From Candidatus Hodarchaeota archaeon (GTDB lineage Archaea > Asgardarchaeota > Heimdallarchaeia > Hodarchaeales > Hodarchaeaceae), in assembly GCA_029856365.1 (NCBI GenBank), contig JAHQWW010000007.1, forward strand, positions 5,778 through 69,777: a stretch of DNA of 64,000 bases, read 5' to 3'. This document shows, one piece after another, positions 45,212-54,781 of this stretch. The notes under the pieces were generated by a model. The model was not told the origin of the DNA. It searched no databases and worked only from the letters and a program-made list of their open reading frames with translations. A program made the translations under genes and the position numbers. How positions within the stretch are numbered: the stretch's first letter is position 1; every line of letters starts with the position of its first letter.

Positions 45212-45349
45212 AGCCACTGGCGCGAATTTCCTGAAAACTCTCGCAAAAGTATTCATTTTGAACGCGCGACATCCTCCTTTGTGTTTCTCACCCAATTGAG
45301 GAATGAGAATTACCAAGGAGGCGCTATAACCTAGCTAAGCCACAGTGGC
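45212..45349 (-). tRNA. tRNA-Thr (anticodon GGU) with two introns (canonical 37/38 and T-loop)
   Basis: Acceptor stem GCCACTG/CAGTGGC. D-arm with A14, G18G19 and A21. Anticodon stem CCTCC/GGAGG with loop TTGGTA[32-nt insert]A. T-stem GCGCG/CGCGC encloses 38 nt (7-nt loop plus about 31-nt insert). No encoded CCA. Confidence 0.8.
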
Positions 45350-45384
45350 AGTTTTTTAGGTAATGAAATACCTATTAACACCCC

Positions 45385-45396
45385 TTTTATAATAAA
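45385..45396 (-). promoter_or_regulatory. TATA-like box upstream of tRNA-Thr
   Basis: The minus strand reads TTTATTATAAAA, centred about 40 nt upstream of the mature tRNA 5' end. Confidence 0.3.
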
Positions 45397-45663
45397 TTTA
45401 TTTTTTTTCGCACTGAAACTGATTAGTTTTTTCATCAATTATTTACCTAGCTAAATGTTAAGACAATCACTATTTTATGAAATCAAATATGTTTATTTAA
45501 ATAAAACATAGAATATCGCAGGTACTCAATGTTGGAGATAAATGTTAAATCATTATTCATTGAACTAAGCTGCCAGGATAATTCTCACCTCATTAATCAT
45601 AAAAATAAATGACAATTCTTGGAATAATGGCCTGAAATTAACCATACAAAGGTTTAACGTCAG

Positions 45664-46491
45664 ATGATTGGATCAGAACTAAATTTTCTTCTTTTAATTC
45701 TTGCTTTCTTGCTACTGTCGATAGGATCATGGCACGATATCAAGACTCGGGAAGTGGCTGATTGGATTTGGTTAAGTATGATTGGAGGAGGCATTGCAAT
45801 TCACGTTTTTCAGTTCCTCTTACTAATTTTAGCCAAAGAGTCTGTTTTTGAATATTTTACGACTTGGACAATAAATATCGTTTTTGCTTTCAGTCTAGCC
45901 TTTTTTTTGACTTTCTCAGGATTAGGAGGGGAGGCAGATCGTATCGCTTTCATCGCTATTGGATTCATTTCTCCTGTTTCTCCCCCACTTATTATTTTTC
46001 AAGATCCAGTTTATGAGATACTTATTGCGATCACTCCAAGAATTCTTGGAACCTTCTTCAATGCCTATTTAATTACACTTCCTATACCATTTCTGATTTT
46101 TGGCTATAATATTGTCAATCAGCATTTATATCCCGACCTTTATGTTTTTTCAAACGAATCTAAATGGAAACGATTTTCTATCCGCTTCATTGGGTATCCT
46201 CGTCAGACTCAAAATCTTGACATGGAATTGGAAGAAAAACCATGGCATTTTGATTTTTTAGAAGAATTTGAAGATGAAACTGGATGGAGTATATTGTTTC
46301 GGGCACGCCTCGATACACCTGAAGCTGATCTCACAAGAAAACAGGAACTGATCTCATTGATTCAAAATACAGAAAAACGGTCTATTTGGATTCAACCGTC
46401 ACTCCCATTCATTTTTATTTTAATGTTAGGATTTTTTACAGATATTCTTGTTGGGAATCTTATATTATTATTCATGGTGATTTTATTATGA
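45664..46491 (+). CDS. Archaeal prepilin/preflagellin peptidase (A24 family, FlaK/PibD-like)
   Basis: Polytopic. The first catalytic Asp context is SWHDIKTREVADWIW, the second is GLGGEADRIAF, and there is a soluble insertion before the last TM helices, as in FlaK. Confidence 0.6.
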   Translation: MIGSELNFLLLILAFLLLSIGSWHDIKTREVADWIWLSMIGGGIAIHVFQFLLLILAKESVFEYFTTWTINIVFAFSLAFFLTFSGLGGEADRIAFIAIGFISPVSPPLIIFQDPVYEILIAITPRILGTFFNAYLITLPIPFLIFGYNIVNQHLYPDLYVFSNESKWKRFSIRFIGYPRQTQNLDMELEEKPWHFDFLEEFEDETGWSILFRARLDTPEADLTRKQELISLIQNTEKRSIWIQPSLPFIFILMLGFFTDILVGNLILLFMVILL

Positions 46492-46748
46492 GAATCATTA
46501 TGTATATATGATATTCAGCTTGTCACAGGCCCTTTTTCTTTGCTATCTTCATAAGTCTCTAAAAAATAGTGGGTAGATTCAAAATAAGAACCTTCTTTTA
46601 GAGAAATTAAAAAAAGTTAAAAGGATAATAATAAAATATAATACATAATAATTTATAAATGACCAGTGTGTGGTTATTCAAGTCAATTCCTCATTGAAAA
46701 CAGAGGATTGTACAAAAAACAGAAGTACTCAAAAGGGATGATAGAAAA

Positions 46749-47246
46749 GTGATAGATCCCAGAAGATTCGACACTGTACTTAGTAAAATCATTAAAAGCG
46801 AACCAGGTATTAAAAAAGTAATCCTAGTAGATCGAACTGGTCTCACAATTGCCCACGTTTCTAAATTTAGCTATGTATCTGTTGATGTAGATGGGATTGG
46901 TGCAATAGCATCCGCTGTATTTATGGCGTCAGCCGAACAAGGACTAAATCTCACAATAGGCGGCCTAGATATCGTTACCTCAGAATTTGATACTGGAAAA
47001 ATTTTTGCTAGTACATGCGGGCGCGGAATTTTGACAATTATTTCAGATGCCGATGTAAATATAGGTATGATTAGATTACTCATGAGAAAAGCTAATGAAG
47101 AACTCAGTAGTATATTAGACGAATTTTTAGCTGGAAAACCCACACGTATAGGCATTGGAGGGGTAGCTTCTGCGACTCCTGAGGTTCGTACAAGTCTTGA
47201 AAAAGATGAACTAGAAGCAGCATTACGAGAACTCGAAAAATTCTAA
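46749..47246 (+). CDS. Roadblock/LC7 (MglB-like) domain protein with C-terminal extension
   Basis: GIKKVILVDRTGLTIAHVS...GIGAIASAVFMASAEQG...GKIFASTCGRGILTIISD. Confidence 0.75.
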   Translation: MIDPRRFDTVLSKIIKSEPGIKKVILVDRTGLTIAHVSKFSYVSVDVDGIGAIASAVFMASAEQGLNLTIGGLDIVTSEFDTGKIFASTCGRGILTIISDADVNIGMIRLLMRKANEELSSILDEFLAGKPTRIGIGGVASATPEVRTSLEKDELEAALRELEKF

Positions 47247-47293
47247 CATTATTCCTGAATCACGACTCCTAACCTTCAGAGGAGACTTATTTC

Positions 47294-47881
47294 TTGAGAA
47301 AGGATGCAGAAGGTCGTCATCGATTCAAAGTTGTATTCTATGGCCCATCTCTGGGTGGGAAAACAACAACATTAGCTTGGTTATATAAAAGAGTAGATGG
47401 TCTTGAGAAAGGAAAATTTACTCAGTTAGCAGATCCCACGGGCCGCACTTTATTTTTCGATTTCGTCCCAATGCAAGCAACCACGGGTGTTGTTTTTGAT
47501 GTGTATACTACTGCAGGTCAAGAACGTCACAAACATCAGCGTAAAATAGTCATACAAGGAGTAGATGGTCTTATATTTGTTGTTGATTCTAGTGCTTCAC
47601 AATTTCAAGAGAATGTGGAATCTTTCAATGAGTTAAAATCTCGTTTAGGTAATCAACTGGGTAAAACCATCCCTCTTGTTATTACTCTCAACAAGCGAGA
47701 TGTACAGGATGCTTTGCCTAGATCAGAGTTGATTCAAAAGCTCGAAATCCAAGATTATCCCATATATGAGACTGTTGCGACCACGGGTCTCGGAGTCAAG
47801 CGTGCATTTCAATCATTGGCTCGTGAAATCCTTATGATCCAGCTTTATGGAACTAAAGAGTCTCAAATAGCCAAAGCTTAA
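47294..47881 (+). CDS. MglA-like small GTPase
   Basis: FYGPSLGGKTTTL (G1), VYTTAGQERH (MglA-type TxxGQ G3), LNKRD (G4), TVATTG (G5). TTG start. Confidence 0.75.
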   Translation: MRKDAEGRHRFKVVFYGPSLGGKTTTLAWLYKRVDGLEKGKFTQLADPTGRTLFFDFVPMQATTGVVFDVYTTAGQERHKHQRKIVIQGVDGLIFVVDSSASQFQENVESFNELKSRLGNQLGKTIPLVITLNKRDVQDALPRSELIQKLEIQDYPIYETVATTGLGVKRAFQSLAREILMIQLYGTKESQIAKA

Positions 47882-48223
47882 ATCGTTCTAGAATGAAGAC
47901 AAGAACTGACTCTCAATTCATCTCTCGACAAAAATACCTACTTTGCAAATCAATTTATCACAAAGAAACAACATGTTGATCCACACTTTTTGATTGTGTA
48001 TCTAAAATGCACTATCCTATGATTCATATTATAACACCTACATGTCAGGTACTTATTTTTTCCTTCCTGTTTTTTTTATCCTTGATCTGCTTTGATGGTT
48101 CGAAGATGTCGTTTTCTAGGAATCATGGATCCTGCTAGATTTTTAGGAATAAGAATTCTTATATATTAGAATTATATTATTCACATAAGTCGCCAAACTA
48201 AAGAATATACAACGGCATCAATT

Positions 48224-48300
48224 GTTACAAGAATGATAGAAATTCGAAATAACGTTATGAGCATGATAAAAATTTGAGAAAACGTTACAAGAATAACCAA
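48224..48300. repeat. Degenerate 30-nt-period direct repeats immediately upstream of the second Roadblock gene
   Basis: The exact 11-mer GTTACAAGAAT occurs at 48224 and 48284. AACGTTA occurs at 48251 and 48281. Units 48241-70 and 48271-300 match at 21 of 30 positions. Confidence 0.4.
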
Positions 48301-48317
48301 TAGTACGGGTGTAATAA

Positions 48318-48722
48318 GTGTACATTCCAGATAGTGAAACAGATACCCAGGTGCATAAAGAAATAGCAGAAGTGCTTGAGGCTTTTGTGAGTAAATTACC
48401 AGCAATAGATTTTGCCTCGGTAGTGTCCTTGGAGGGATTACCAATTTCATCTTGGCCACCAACCTTACCTTCAGGATTGGACGATGTACGAGTTGCGGCT
48501 ATGACGGCTGCCATCTTAAGCTTGGGTGAAAGAGCTGTGATGGAGACTGGAAAAGGGGAAATGACACGTATCTTAGTTGAAGGAGACAGTGGATACCTGA
48601 TTTCTGTCCAAGCAGGTTCAAAAGCTGTCTTAACGACTTCAGCAAGTCGTTCTGTGAAATTAGGGCTAATATTTCTTGACATGAAGCAAGCAGCTATAAA
48701 AATCGGTGAAATTCTCGGCTAA
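48318..48722 (+). CDS. Roadblock/LC7 (MglB-like) domain protein
   Basis: AIDFASVVSLEGLPISS...RVAAMTAAILSLGERAVMETGKGEMTRILVEGDSGYLISVQAGSKAVLT. GTG start. Confidence 0.8.
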   Translation: MYIPDSETDTQVHKEIAEVLEAFVSKLPAIDFASVVSLEGLPISSWPPTLPSGLDDVRVAAMTAAILSLGERAVMETGKGEMTRILVEGDSGYLISVQAGSKAVLTTSASRSVKLGLIFLDMKQAAIKIGEILG

Positions 48723-48774
48723 AAGCTCGATACAACTAAATAGGGGAGAATAGAGAGCTATTAAATTTAGATGT

Positions 48775-50025
48775 TTAGAGTTCGTAAAGCTGATCTTTCA
48801 TTTCTTGCGCTTTCTGCCTATAATATTCTTGAAATTGATGTTCATTTATAGTTTGAGCTTTATCAGCAGCAAATTCATAGTGCATCAGAGCTTTTTCAAA
48901 TCCCCCCTGAAATCCTTCAATCTCCCCAAATAAACCATGCGCAATTATAAGTCCTATTTTATCCTCAAGTGCCTCAAAAAGCTGAATAGCTTCTTCAAGA
49001 TAATATGCTGCTTGAGCAGCACTAGAACTATCACCTTGTCGTATATACTGTCCCAATACTTTAGCTAAATTAACTTGAGACATAGCAAGAGAATAACGAT
49101 CCTGTCTTGATTCAGCTAAGGAACGAGATTTATCAAAATTTTTCATTGCCTCTTCATACTTTTGTATACGATAATAACACTCACCAATATTGCAATAAGC
49201 ATTAACGACTGCTTTATGAATATTAGCTCTTTTTGCACGTTCAAGTGCTTGTTCAAATTTTGCAATGGCTTGCTTGTAGAGACGATTTTCGTATAAAAGA
49301 ATACCTTCAGTTGATAAAATATTTTCTTCAAGCATGGGATCGCCTAGTTGGCTTGTAAATTCCCATAATGCTTCTAAGCGATTTTTAGTGAGATCAAAAT
49401 TCATGGAATCAAGTGATAACTCAGCTTGGGCGAATACTGCGTGAAATTTACCGTTAATATCTGTTAAAATATCGAATATTTTGTACGCTTTTGTGAAATT
49501 TTCCATTGCTTTCCTTGGATCTGTTTTCATAATTCTACGGCCTTGCTCAATTAAAAGCCAAGGTTCTTCTCCAATGATATCACTAATAACCTTCCATTCA
49601 CTTTTTGGTTTAGCTGAGATGCTAATTTTGCTCTTCCACAAATCTGGTTTGTCAAAGAGATCAGATACCAAGTTCAAAAGGAGGTTACTATCACCTCCAG
49701 CTTTTTCTGACAAGCTTTTTGGGCCTACTCCTCGTAATCTCAGATCACCTTCAGTAAACTCGAAAAGAACTCCCAATGGGATGCTTTGAGCGCGAGATTC
49801 TCCCCACTTCCGTCCTACAACGACAAAGAAATTTTTAGGAGGGAAAACCACATCATCTCGTGTCACAGATTTTAATCCTGGGATCCAAGTGTAGTCAGTT
49901 TTAAAAAAACTGGCAATCAATTCCCCTTTGAATTCAGGATCCCAGTCAACTAAGGTTGCTGCGTCAAATAACTCGATTTCTTCATCCTGCACCCCTAAAG
50001 CAAAAATAACCTTCCAACTAACCAT
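48775..50025 (-). CDS. Protein with an unknown roughly 170-aa alpha/beta N-terminal domain plus TPR repeats
   Basis: The C-terminal two-thirds has TPR-like repeats (AYCNIGECYYRIQKYEEAMKNFDKS...). The N-terminus is unassigned. Confidence 0.55.
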   Translation of the reverse strand: MVSWKVIFALGVQDEEIELFDAATLVDWDPEFKGELIASFFKTDYTWIPGLKSVTRDDVVFPPKNFFVVVGRKWGESRAQSIPLGVLFEFTEGDLRLRGVGPKSLSEKAGGDSNLLLNLVSDLFDKPDLWKSKISISAKPKSEWKVISDIIGEEPWLLIEQGRRIMKTDPRKAMENFTKAYKIFDILTDINGKFHAVFAQAELSLDSMNFDLTKNRLEALWEFTSQLGDPMLEENILSTEGILLYENRLYKQAIAKFEQALERAKRANIHKAVVNAYCNIGECYYRIQKYEEAMKNFDKSRSLAESRQDRYSLAMSQVNLAKVLGQYIRQGDSSSAAQAAYYLEEAIQLFEALEDKIGLIIAHGLFGEIEGFQGGFEKALMHYEFAADKAQTINEHQFQEYYRQKAQEMKDQLYEL

Positions 50026-50153
50026 AGTTCGTCTTCACCCATTTGTTTAACAAGAGATAATTGTGTATTTCTTCGTGAATTAATAATCTACGTATTTTTA
50101 CTACTAGTAACTACTTGTTTATGGAAATAAAATTCTAACATTTTATAACTTAT

Positions 50154-50170
50154 ACTCATATATTATGAGT
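50154..50170. promoter_or_regulatory. Perfect 17-bp palindrome ACTCATATATTATGAGT between atpB and the TPR gene
   Basis: 7-bp arms with a 3-nt centre, followed by a T8 run on the plus strand. It lies about 130 nt upstream of the TPR gene start. It is a candidate operator or terminator element. Confidence 0.25.
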
Positions 50171-50292
50171 TCTATTTTTTTTATTCATTTCTTATACATA
50201 AGTATCCTTCTTTTAAGTAAGGTGGTACTATCTTATCTTTATCTTTTACCCTTAAGTGAATCATACAAATGAAAGAAAGTTTAATAAATTGT

Positions 50293-51735
50293 TTATGGTT
50301 CAGGATCATCAATAGAGAGTTTTCTGTCTCCACGATACCGTGGGTGATACATTTTTAGCATTTTGGGCGGAATCCGCTTTAATTCATCTTCTGGGAGATC
50401 TGATAATAAATCCCATGCCAACTCAAGGGTCTCAAATACTTCCCTTGATTCATAATAATCCTGTTGAAGAAATTCGTTTTCAAATCTATCAGCAAAATCT
50501 AGATACTTTTTATCTACATTGGTCAAGCTTTCTTCTCCCACAACTGCAACAAGGTCGCGTAAATTTCTACCCATGGAGTAACCAGCAAACATCTGATCTG
50601 AAACTGATTTATGACTTACGTGCGTTCGATCTCTACCTATCCCTTCACGCATTAGACGACTAAGACTAGGCATGGGATCAATTGGTGGGTAGATCCCTCG
50701 ACGATGGAGATCCCGATCGATAATTAGCTGACCTTCTGTGATATAACCACTAAGATCAGGGATAGGGTGTGTAATATCATCAGAAGGCATTGATAATATT
50801 GGAAGTTGAGTTATGGTTCCTTTTTTACCCTTTATTCGGCCAGCTCGTTCATAAATGGTAGCTAAATCTGTGTAAAGATAACCTGGATATCCTCGTCGTC
50901 CTGGAACTTCCTCTCGTGCTGCTGATATTTCACGTAGAGCCTCGGCATAATTGGTCATATCGGTAAGGATAACTAAACAGTGATAATCATATTCAAAAGC
51001 TAGATACTCGGCAGTGGAAAGAGCTATTCTAGGAGTAATCAACCGTTCTGCAGCAGGGGAGTCTGCAAGGTTTAAGAATAAAATGACTCTTTCTAGAGCC
51101 CCAGTTTTCTCGAAATCTGAACGAAAAAATCGGGCTTCTTCTGTTGTGATTCCCATTGCAGCAAAAATTACAGCAAATTCCTCTTCTTTTCCTAGCACTT
51201 TTGCCTGTCTGGCAATTTGAGCAGCAATATTATTATGAGGGAGCCCACTACCTGAAAAAATGGGTAATTTTTGTCCCCGAATCAATGTATTTAGACCATC
51301 GATCGATGAAATACCCGTCTGAATGAATTCCCTGGGGTATTCTCGAGCATAAGGATTAATGGGGGCTCCTGTTATGTCGAGGCGCTCTTCTGCAAATATT
51401 TGAGGACCTGTATCAATAATTTTTCCACTTCCAGAGAAGATTCGACCAAGCATATCTTGTGATACTGCAATTTTAATAGTTTCACCAAGAAATCTAACGG
51501 ATGTTTCCTGAGTATCAAGACCCTGAGTTCCTTCAAAAACTTGAACTATAGCAATGTCTTCAGAGACTTCTAACACTTGACCCGTACGTTTTTCACCAGT
51601 TGGGGTTGTTACACTAACAATTTCCCCATAAGAAACCCCCTTTATATTATTAACAAAGAGAAGCGGCCCAGCAATTGTTGATACCGTTGAATAAGTAACG
51701 ATAGAAGACAGAGATTCATCCGTCATTGATTTCAC
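50293..51735 (-). CDS. atpB: A/V-type ATP synthase subunit B
   Basis: [58 protein letters not shown], and [25 protein letters not shown]. Confidence 0.92.
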   Translation of the reverse strand: MKSMTDESLSSIVTYSTVSTIAGPLLFVNNIKGVSYGEIVSVTTPTGEKRTGQVLEVSEDIAIVQVFEGTQGLDTQETSVRFLGETIKIAVSQDMLGRIFSGSGKIIDTGPQIFAEERLDITGAPINPYAREYPREFIQTGISSIDGLNTLIRGQKLPIFSGSGLPHNNIAAQIARQAKVLGKEEEFAVIFAAMGITTEEARFFRSDFEKTGALERVILFLNLADSPAAERLITPRIALSTAEYLAFEYDYHCLVILTDMTNYAEALREISAAREEVPGRRGYPGYLYTDLATIYERAGRIKGKKGTITQLPILSMPSDDITHPIPDLSGYITEGQLIIDRDLHRRGIYPPIDPMPSLSRLMREGIGRDRTHVSHKSVSDQMFAGYSMGRNLRDLVAVVGEESLTNVDKKYLDFADRFENEFLQQDYYESREVFETLELAWDLLSDLPEDELKRIPPKMLKMYHPRYRGDRKLSIDDPEP

Positions 51736-51922
51736 TCCAAAAAAACAGCTTTCGACTTGATAAATCTCTTAATGTTAACTTCTCAAAATTGTTTCGTTCT
51801 TTCGTAAGAAAAACATAAAGTCTCACACTTAGAACAAATTCTAATTACATCCAAGAGAACATCGCAATTAGAAATCATAAGCCCTTTATATGGAGGTTAA
51901 GGGAATTAATACAGATTCTTTC

Positions 51923-52753
51923 TCAAACTTCAGATTTATGAGCATCAACTTTTGTGTTATCGATTATTTCTTCCCAATATGGGAAGAGTCCAGCAGTAAA
52001 CTCACGCATTAATACCTTTGCTGCTTCTGTAACATTTGGTTGAGCACCTTTCAGAAGCATTCCTCTCTGTTGTGCAATATGTGTTATTATTGCCTCATTC
52101 TCCATTGAAAGCGATGAAAGATTATATCGTTGTATGAATCCTTCTGAATAATGTTTTCTTATTCGATCGAGAAAGAAAAAAGAAGTTTTTAGTGGATCCT
52201 CAAGCTTATCGATAGGTACAGCTCCCATAAAAACTTGTAACTCCTTATTAGGATGATCGAAAGGTACTACTCCGGGTGTATCATACATTAGGATTTTCTT
52301 TGATACACGAACAATTTGTAGATGTCTTGTAACACCAGGTTTCTGTCCTGTAGGAGTAACATGTTTCCCCCTCAGAATATTTAAGAGACTACTTTTCCCT
52401 GTATTTGGAATTCCAACAACTGAGACAAGGATCTCTTGCTTCTTTAGAGATAGTTGTCTGATTTTTTGACGAAGTATTTTCGTCCCTTGGCGATTACGAG
52501 CAGAAATATAGACTGTGGGGTATTCTTGATTAAAAATCCTCTTTATTCTATCGCAAATATTTCGAGGAACTAGGTCACACTTATTAAGAACGATAATGAG
52601 AGGAATTCCTAATTTTTCCAGATGTCTTTCAATCGTAGAAACACGACTAAGTTCTGAAAGGCGACCATCGATTACTTCCAGTACTATATCGCTATTTCTG
52701 ATTAACTCAAACACTTGGCGGTGTTCTTTTTGACGTCTCATGTTAATCAGCAT
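51923..52753 (-). CDS. Circularly permuted ribosome-biogenesis GTPase (YlqF/RbgA/Nug1-Lsg1 class)
   Basis: The motif order is G4 NKCDLV, then G1 GIPNTGKSSLLN, then G3 DTPGV. Confidence 0.75.
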   Translation of the reverse strand: MLINMRRQKEHRQVFELIRNSDIVLEVIDGRLSELSRVSTIERHLEKLGIPLIIVLNKCDLVPRNICDRIKRIFNQEYPTVYISARNRQGTKILRQKIRQLSLKKQEILVSVVGIPNTGKSSLLNILRGKHVTPTGQKPGVTRHLQIVRVSKKILMYDTPGVVPFDHPNKELQVFMGAVPIDKLEDPLKTSFFFLDRIRKHYSEGFIQRYNLSSLSMENEAIITHIAQQRGMLLKGAQPNVTEAAKVLMREFTAGLFPYWEEIIDNTKVDAHKSEV

Positions 52754-52875
52754 TATAAAACATCCTAGCGAGAGGATTAAAAAGCTAGCCGGATTCGCTC
52801 CTGTCAGAAGGAATGAGTTTGTAAATCATCTCTTGATCACTTTTACAACTTTATTTCCAAGGATTTTGAAGTTTG

Positions 52876-53292
52876 ATGACAACAGAAAAAAACTATCTTG
52901 CTTCTCTTAAACGTGCTAGAGACAATCTTCCAGCTCATGTGTTTGAAAAGTCACGTTTTAAAATCCCACATGCGGATGTTTTCAAAGAAGGAAACAAAAC
53001 ATGGATAACTGATTGGGCAAGGATCCTCAAGACATTAAATAGAGAAAATGAGGCAGATCATCTAGCTAAACACTTAGCAAGAGAATTTGCTACATCTTCT
53101 ACTGAAGAAAGAGGACGATTATGTTTACAGGGGAAATTCTCCAGTGGAATGATAAATCGCGAGTTGGAAGCATATGTGAAAGAATTTGTTTTATGTGAAG
53201 AATGTGGAAAACCCGATACTAGACTTATCAAAGAGGGACGCATATTAATTAAAGTCTGTGAAGCTTGCGGTGCCCGTGTTGCGGTCAAATAA
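52876..53292 (+). CDS. eif2b: Translation initiation factor aIF2 beta
   Basis: C-terminal zinc ribbon CEECGKPDTRLIKEGRILIKVCEACGA. Confidence 0.88.
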   Translation: MTTEKNYLASLKRARDNLPAHVFEKSRFKIPHADVFKEGNKTWITDWARILKTLNRENEADHLAKHLAREFATSSTEERGRLCLQGKFSSGMINRELEAYVKEFVLCEECGKPDTRLIKEGRILIKVCEACGARVAVK

Positions 53293-53323
53293 TTCTCCTC
53301 AGCGTTCATCGTCGTCTAGTCGT

Positions 53324-53635
53324 GTGTATTTTAAGGTTCATCGAAAAAATAATGTTGAAATATTAGCTTTATGTGATGAATCACTTTTAGGGCAAGAAAT
53401 ATTCAACGAAAAGGCCCGAATGAGAATCCCAGTTGATTTTTACAGGGGTCAAGAGATAGAAGCACAGGATGCTCTGCAATTGATGAGAAATTATGCGAAC
53501 ATCAACGTTGTAGGTTCAGTACTAGAACTCGGAATTCGCAAGAATCTCATCAATGAAGATGCAGTGCTGTGGTTCTCCACACTGGAAGGAAAAAAAATCC
53601 CACATCTGTTGATATTCTCTATCCCTCCCCTATAA
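53324..53635 (+). CDS. DUF424-like small archaeal protein
   Basis: YFKVHRKNNVEILALCDESLLGQ...FYRGQEI...INVVGS pattern. GTG start at 53324 chosen to avoid overlap with aIF2 beta. Confidence 0.5.
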   Translation: MYFKVHRKNNVEILALCDESLLGQEIFNEKARMRIPVDFYRGQEIEAQDALQLMRNYANINVVGSVLELGIRKNLINEDAVLWFSTLEGKKIPHLLIFSIPPL

Positions 53636-53651
53636 CAATTGGAGGTTTGTT

Positions 53652-54752
53652 ATGGCTGAATTGGCACCTCAATGCATTTCATGTGGGTCATCAGAAGTAT
53701 TTTTTGGTCGTTTATGTCAACAGTGTTATTTACAAAACCATCCGATCTTAAAACAAAAGAAGGATCTTCATATTACTGTATGTGAACGATGTGAATTACT
53801 TTCATTAAAAGGACATTGGTCAAATTTCTATTTAGTTGACTTAGGTAAACCCCCTATAAACACAAAGCTTACTAAGCTTTTTTCTCAGGAATGGGAATTT
53901 TATTATCGTCCAAGGAAGATTCAAATTCAAAAAATGAATATTGAATCAGATGAGGAAGGAGATATCTCTGTAATTATTGGCATTGTAGACATTAGCGCAA
54001 GCCCCGATGCATTTGTTCCACTGATGACTATTTCGGAAGCCTTTAAAATACATATTGAATGGGGAGAGTGCTCCGAATGCCGCACGCGCCTCATAGGATC
54101 CTATTTTTCGAAAATTCAAATTCGTGCCCCGAAAGAAGTTAATAATGAACACCTAAATATTTGGAGTGACGAAATTGAAAATATAAGCCAATCTTATCCT
54201 CAATCAGATGGTAAAAATCCGCTTTTTAAGATAAAATACTTACAATCAGGAATTGACGCCTTATTTCAAACAAGAGCAGCTGCTAATTCTGTTGGCAGAG
54301 AATTCGCTAAAAATCATGGTGGTATCATAAGCGTAACAACAGAATTTGCAGGATTTGATAAATCAAGATCCAAGGAATATCCAAGGAAACCTGTTGTTTT
54401 AATAACACTACCAAATTTTAACCCAGGAGATATAGCGATATTAAACCACCAATTGATTCAAATATTGAGATACAACTCTAAAGTAGAATTCTGGGATTTC
54501 AGGAAAAAATTAAAGGGAAAACTGCCGATAAAATCATTTATAGCCTCTGAACCACAGTTTTTGGAAAATAATTATGAACAATTTCAATTAATAAACTTTG
54601 AACAAAGAGGAGGACTCGCTCAAGTCATGAATACTAGAACCTTTGAGACTCAATATATTGATTCAACCGAAGTATCTGACCTTTCAGAAGGAGAGTCCTT
54701 CGAGTGTATATCTTATAATGGTAGATTACTCAGAAGACAAAAAGAGACTTAA
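53652..54752 (+). CDS. NMD3-family protein (60S subunit export adaptor homologue)
   Basis: N-terminal paired zinc clusters CISCG...CQQCY...VCERCE, then an NMD3-type body. Confidence 0.75.
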   Translation: MAELAPQCISCGSSEVFFGRLCQQCYLQNHPILKQKKDLHITVCERCELLSLKGHWSNFYLVDLGKPPINTKLTKLFSQEWEFYYRPRKIQIQKMNIESDEEGDISVIIGIVDISASPDAFVPLMTISEAFKIHIEWGECSECRTRLIGSYFSKIQIRAPKEVNNEHLNIWSDEIENISQSYPQSDGKNPLFKIKYLQSGIDALFQTRAAANSVGREFAKNHGGIISVTTEFAGFDKSRSKEYPRKPVVLITLPNFNPGDIAILNHQLIQILRYNSKVEFWDFRKKLKGKLPIKSFIASEPQFLENNYEQFQLINFEQRGGLAQVMNTRTFETQYIDSTEVSDLSEGESFECISYNGRLLRRQKET

Positions 54753-54781
54753 TTGTTTTATTAAAGGACGGATGAGTCTAA

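Noticed and set aside
48181-48682. Two overlapping minus-strand ORFs (93 and 154 aa) from the ORF track.
   Set aside because: They are antisense to the well-supported Roadblock gene (48318-48722) and have low-complexity translations. They are shadow ORFs.
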